Shown here in pieces: positions 63,244 through 64,000 of a stretch of DNA of 64,000 bases. The translations under genes and the position numbers were made by a program. The notes below the pieces were generated by a model. It worked only from the letters and a program-made list of their open reading frames with translations. It made no database searches and was not told where the DNA came from. Position 1 is the first letter of the stretch. Each line of letters starts with the position of its first letter. Location: assembly GCA_023515725.1 (NCBI GenBank), contig JALDTO010000288.1, positions 1 through 64,000 of the forward strand, written 5' to 3'. The DNA is from Amoeboaphelidium protococcarum X5. Lineage: Eukaryota > Fungi > Aphelidiomycota.

Positions 63244-64000
63244 ATCCACAATATAAGTAAGATTTAACATTAAGTGATCTGTCTGCCTTTCTCTTTTCAT
63301 CAGACTCTCGCGTTTCATCAACTGACGACTTCTTTCTTTTTCTGTTTCAACTACTGTACACTCGACTGCTATTGAATTCACTCAATACTTTTAAACACAC
63401 TCTGCTACATTCTAACACGGTATGCTAAAGGATAGTAAACGTGGAAGAAGTTCCAAATCATCCTTGCCTCCAGTTATGAACAATTCATTTGGAATGGACG
63501 CGTCCCCATCCCATCAGTAAGTCAACCTGCTGGTTTACCGTGTGATTTTGAGACTACATTATGTAGAAGTGATGAAATGGATGGTTTTATCAATGCAATT
63601 AAAGGTAAACACCGAATAACAGTTCTAATTCAAGTATATCATTTTTCTATGTTGTAGGCAAAATGAAGAAAAAGTACAACAGTATGTATGAGTAAATCCT
63701 GCATAATGTTGAGGATGTAATCTTATAATCTGTCCTATGTATATTATGTTCATCATCTTGATCCCCCGTCGTCTCGTGTAGAAATGCTCCGATCTTGAAA
63801 CAAAAGTTGAAACGTTTCTGAGTGGCAACAAGAATCAGTAGTAAGTTTTATCAATCGAGTCTAAAAGTATTTGATTAAATTGGTGATTCTTTCACTTGGT
63901 GTAGTAACTAAAAGATTTTCGAGTTCAACAAAAAGTACAAGGAACACGTAACGCGTAAATCTGAGTTTGTGAGTGCTCTGCGTGACACTTTCAGCGAGTA

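Noticed and set aside
1-64000. Mass pseudogenisation, sequencing error or A-to-I editing as the cause of in-frame stops
   Set aside because: The interruptions are only TAA/TAG, never cause frameshifts in conserved genes, and fall at Gln rather than Trp positions; TGA marks the true ends.
1-64000. Ciliate origin (also table 6)
   Set aside because: Sfp1-like, Hos2-type, Tom70, GAS7-like and DUF5092-like genes and moderate GC point to a fungus-related opisthokont.
63250-64000. Minus-strand coding-like remnant at the window end
   Set aside because: All three frames contain TGA stops and no family is recognisable; it may be a pseudogene tail but cannot be supported.

Overview
Gene-dense eukaryotic nuclear DNA with about 34 protein genes, 5 short GT-AG introns and short AT-rich intergenic spacers. 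It uses a non-standard genetic code: TAA and TAG encode Gln and TGA is the only stop (translation table 6). The supplied standard-code ORF track is therefore fragmented. Re-read by hand under code 6, the fragments join into full-length genes, and every model ends in TGA. The gene content is fungal/holomycotan (SFP1-like, HSP104, presequence-less pyruvate carboxylase, Hos2/HDAC3-type HDAC, TOM70, DUF5092-like), with some animal/amoeba-type cytoskeletal genes (GAS7-like, ASPM-like). This best fits an aphelid such as Amoeboaphelidium protococcarum, an algal parasitoid reported to use this code; that assignment is an inference and no search was run. About a quarter of the genes encode secreted or GPI-anchored proteins. 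The most unusual are an N-terminal-His LPMO-like protein lacking the second His and fused to a Cys-rich domain, a bacterial-type repeat + TSP1 + C-type-lectin mosaic, a signal-peptide F-box protein, and a prodomain-less M12B protease. No rRNA, tRNA, CRISPR array or intact mobile element was recognised. All family calls come from motif recognition in manual translations.
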